Below are positions 62,690 to 64,000 of a DNA stretch of 64,000 nt, in pieces. A program made the position numbers and the translations under genes. This stretch comes from Azolla caroliniana (lineage: Eukaryota > Plantae > Polypodiophyta). The notes under the pieces are model-generated. The model saw nothing but the letters and a program-made list of their open reading frames with translations, ran no database searches and was not told the DNA's origin. Within the stretch, counting starts at the first letter, position 1; each line of letters opens with the position of its first letter. Where the stretch lies: the NCBI GenBank assembly GCA_043228905.1, contig JBHGNT010000004.1, positions 8,184,001-8,248,000 on the forward strand, read 5' to 3'.

Positions 62690-64000
62690 TGTCACGGTAT
62701 TCCGCGCAGATGCGTAGAAATGGGGCAGGACCACGGGGGTCTTGAACCAAGGAATCATGAAGTGAGGGGAAGGAGTCCGCATTTCACGTGAACACAGAGA
62801 TCGTGGGTAGACAGAGAAGAGTAGCGGAGAGAGAATCGTGTGTTTCCGGCCTGACACAACACGACAAGACAAAGACACAGTGAGCAACTCATATTAACGA
62901 GGTAAGTTATATTAAAGAGAATGGGCGCATAGTGCAGTAAGCGTTTACAACCGTATCCGAGCCGGTGACAGAGTCTCGAGTAGAATACCAACGTAAAACG
63001 ATGCAGTAGATTAACGCGAGTAGGTAGAACGTGCGCGTGAAGCGCAGGGAAAACAACCGGTATGGTCCGGTAACCGAGCTTCGAGCTCTAGAGCAGACAC
63101 ACACAGTAAGGTGAACCTCTGGTCGGGAGCACATGGGCATCTGACGCGAGCCAAGGGTCCACCTTCCGAGATTCAGTTGTAGAGCTTTAGCCGAGTGCAA
63201 GCGAAAGAGAGAGAGAGCCCCTGTCTCTAGTTCAGCAACATCTTCTTCTCCTCTAGATCGTCCCCCTTAAACAGTTTGAGGTCGCCCCTTTTATAGCACA
63301 AGGAGTGACTGTTACATCGGCTTTAATGATCTGTCGTTATCCATCCCTAGATTCTCTCCTTGATTTGCTCTCCTCGTTACTCTCCGACATAAGTTAATTC
63401 AAAAGGGTAGTGTACTCGTGTACACCCGTGTTCCCGCGTTTTCGACAACGTTTCCTCTTGTGGCTTGGAATCTTCACGACATCCGCCCCCACTAAACCGC
63501 ACATCCTCTGGTATGTGCCGGGTAGCGAATTTAGTGAGGGATTTCGAGGTCAACCGTTACTCGTCCTCCTGGTTTCAATCGCCGCTTTTGATCCCCACCT
63601 CTAGGTCTGGTTCCCCCTCGTTCCGCCTCTTGAAGGCCTTTATCCGCTTCCTGGCCACCAATGTCGTTATTCAGGTCTCGTCGAGCTCCATGAGATGATA
63701 TGTCGCATTGTCGTTAGTGCTGATTACCACGTACGACCCAAACCACCGTTTTGCGAACTTACGTGTAGACTGATGATGGTTGTCGAGATTGCTGTCGTAG
63801 ACCAACACCCAACCGCCTTCTTCGATCTTCTTTGGCCGGAGTCGGTGCGTTCGGTCGAACCTGGCCTTGTTTTGGTTTCTCGCTTTCTTCACCCTCGCGG
63901 TTGCCTGTTCCACATCTTCCGGCCTTCGCTCGGGTTGTCGGATGCGTGCTACCAACAACTCCTCTTGGCTCATTTCGTCGGCCCAATCGATTGCCATCCA
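62690..64000 (-). mobile_element. Gypsy I (B family, pol-bearing): integrase C-terminus, PPT, 3' LTR (62690..63481)
   Basis: KFAKRWFGSYVV...NATYHLMELD integrase tail; PPT region ATCCGCCCCCAC shared with B; LTR shares GGACCACGGGGGTCTTG and TCTTCACGACA with B. Confidence 0.9.

Overview
Eukaryotic, TE-dense land-plant genomic DNA. A fern or other non-seed plant is my inference from the TE families and has not been verified. The only intact host gene is a three-exon VIN3-like (VIL/VEL; PHD + FNIII + C-terminal VEL domain) gene on the minus strand: join(complement(41801..42939, 37358..37665, 36341..37269)), about 791 aa. The first ~31 kb is one nest of retroelements up to five levels deep: Copia C holds Gypsy A', which holds a LINE, which holds Gypsy A and non-autonomous Gypsy B (itself holding a solo LTR). 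Copia C also holds Copia D, which holds a solo LTR and Copia E. From 49.7 to 64 kb there is a second cluster: a Gypsy tandem junction, near-complete Copia F, and nested Copia G/H plus Gypsy I. The most striking observation is that a non-chromovirus Gypsy family has no polypurine tract before its 3' LTR. Two divergent members instead share a 24/26-nt motif that reads like a tRNA 3' end (...GTCCCAC..GCATGCCA), suggesting non-canonical, possibly tRNA-primed plus-strand synthesis. All alignments and counts were done by eye, and tRNA identities are from memory.
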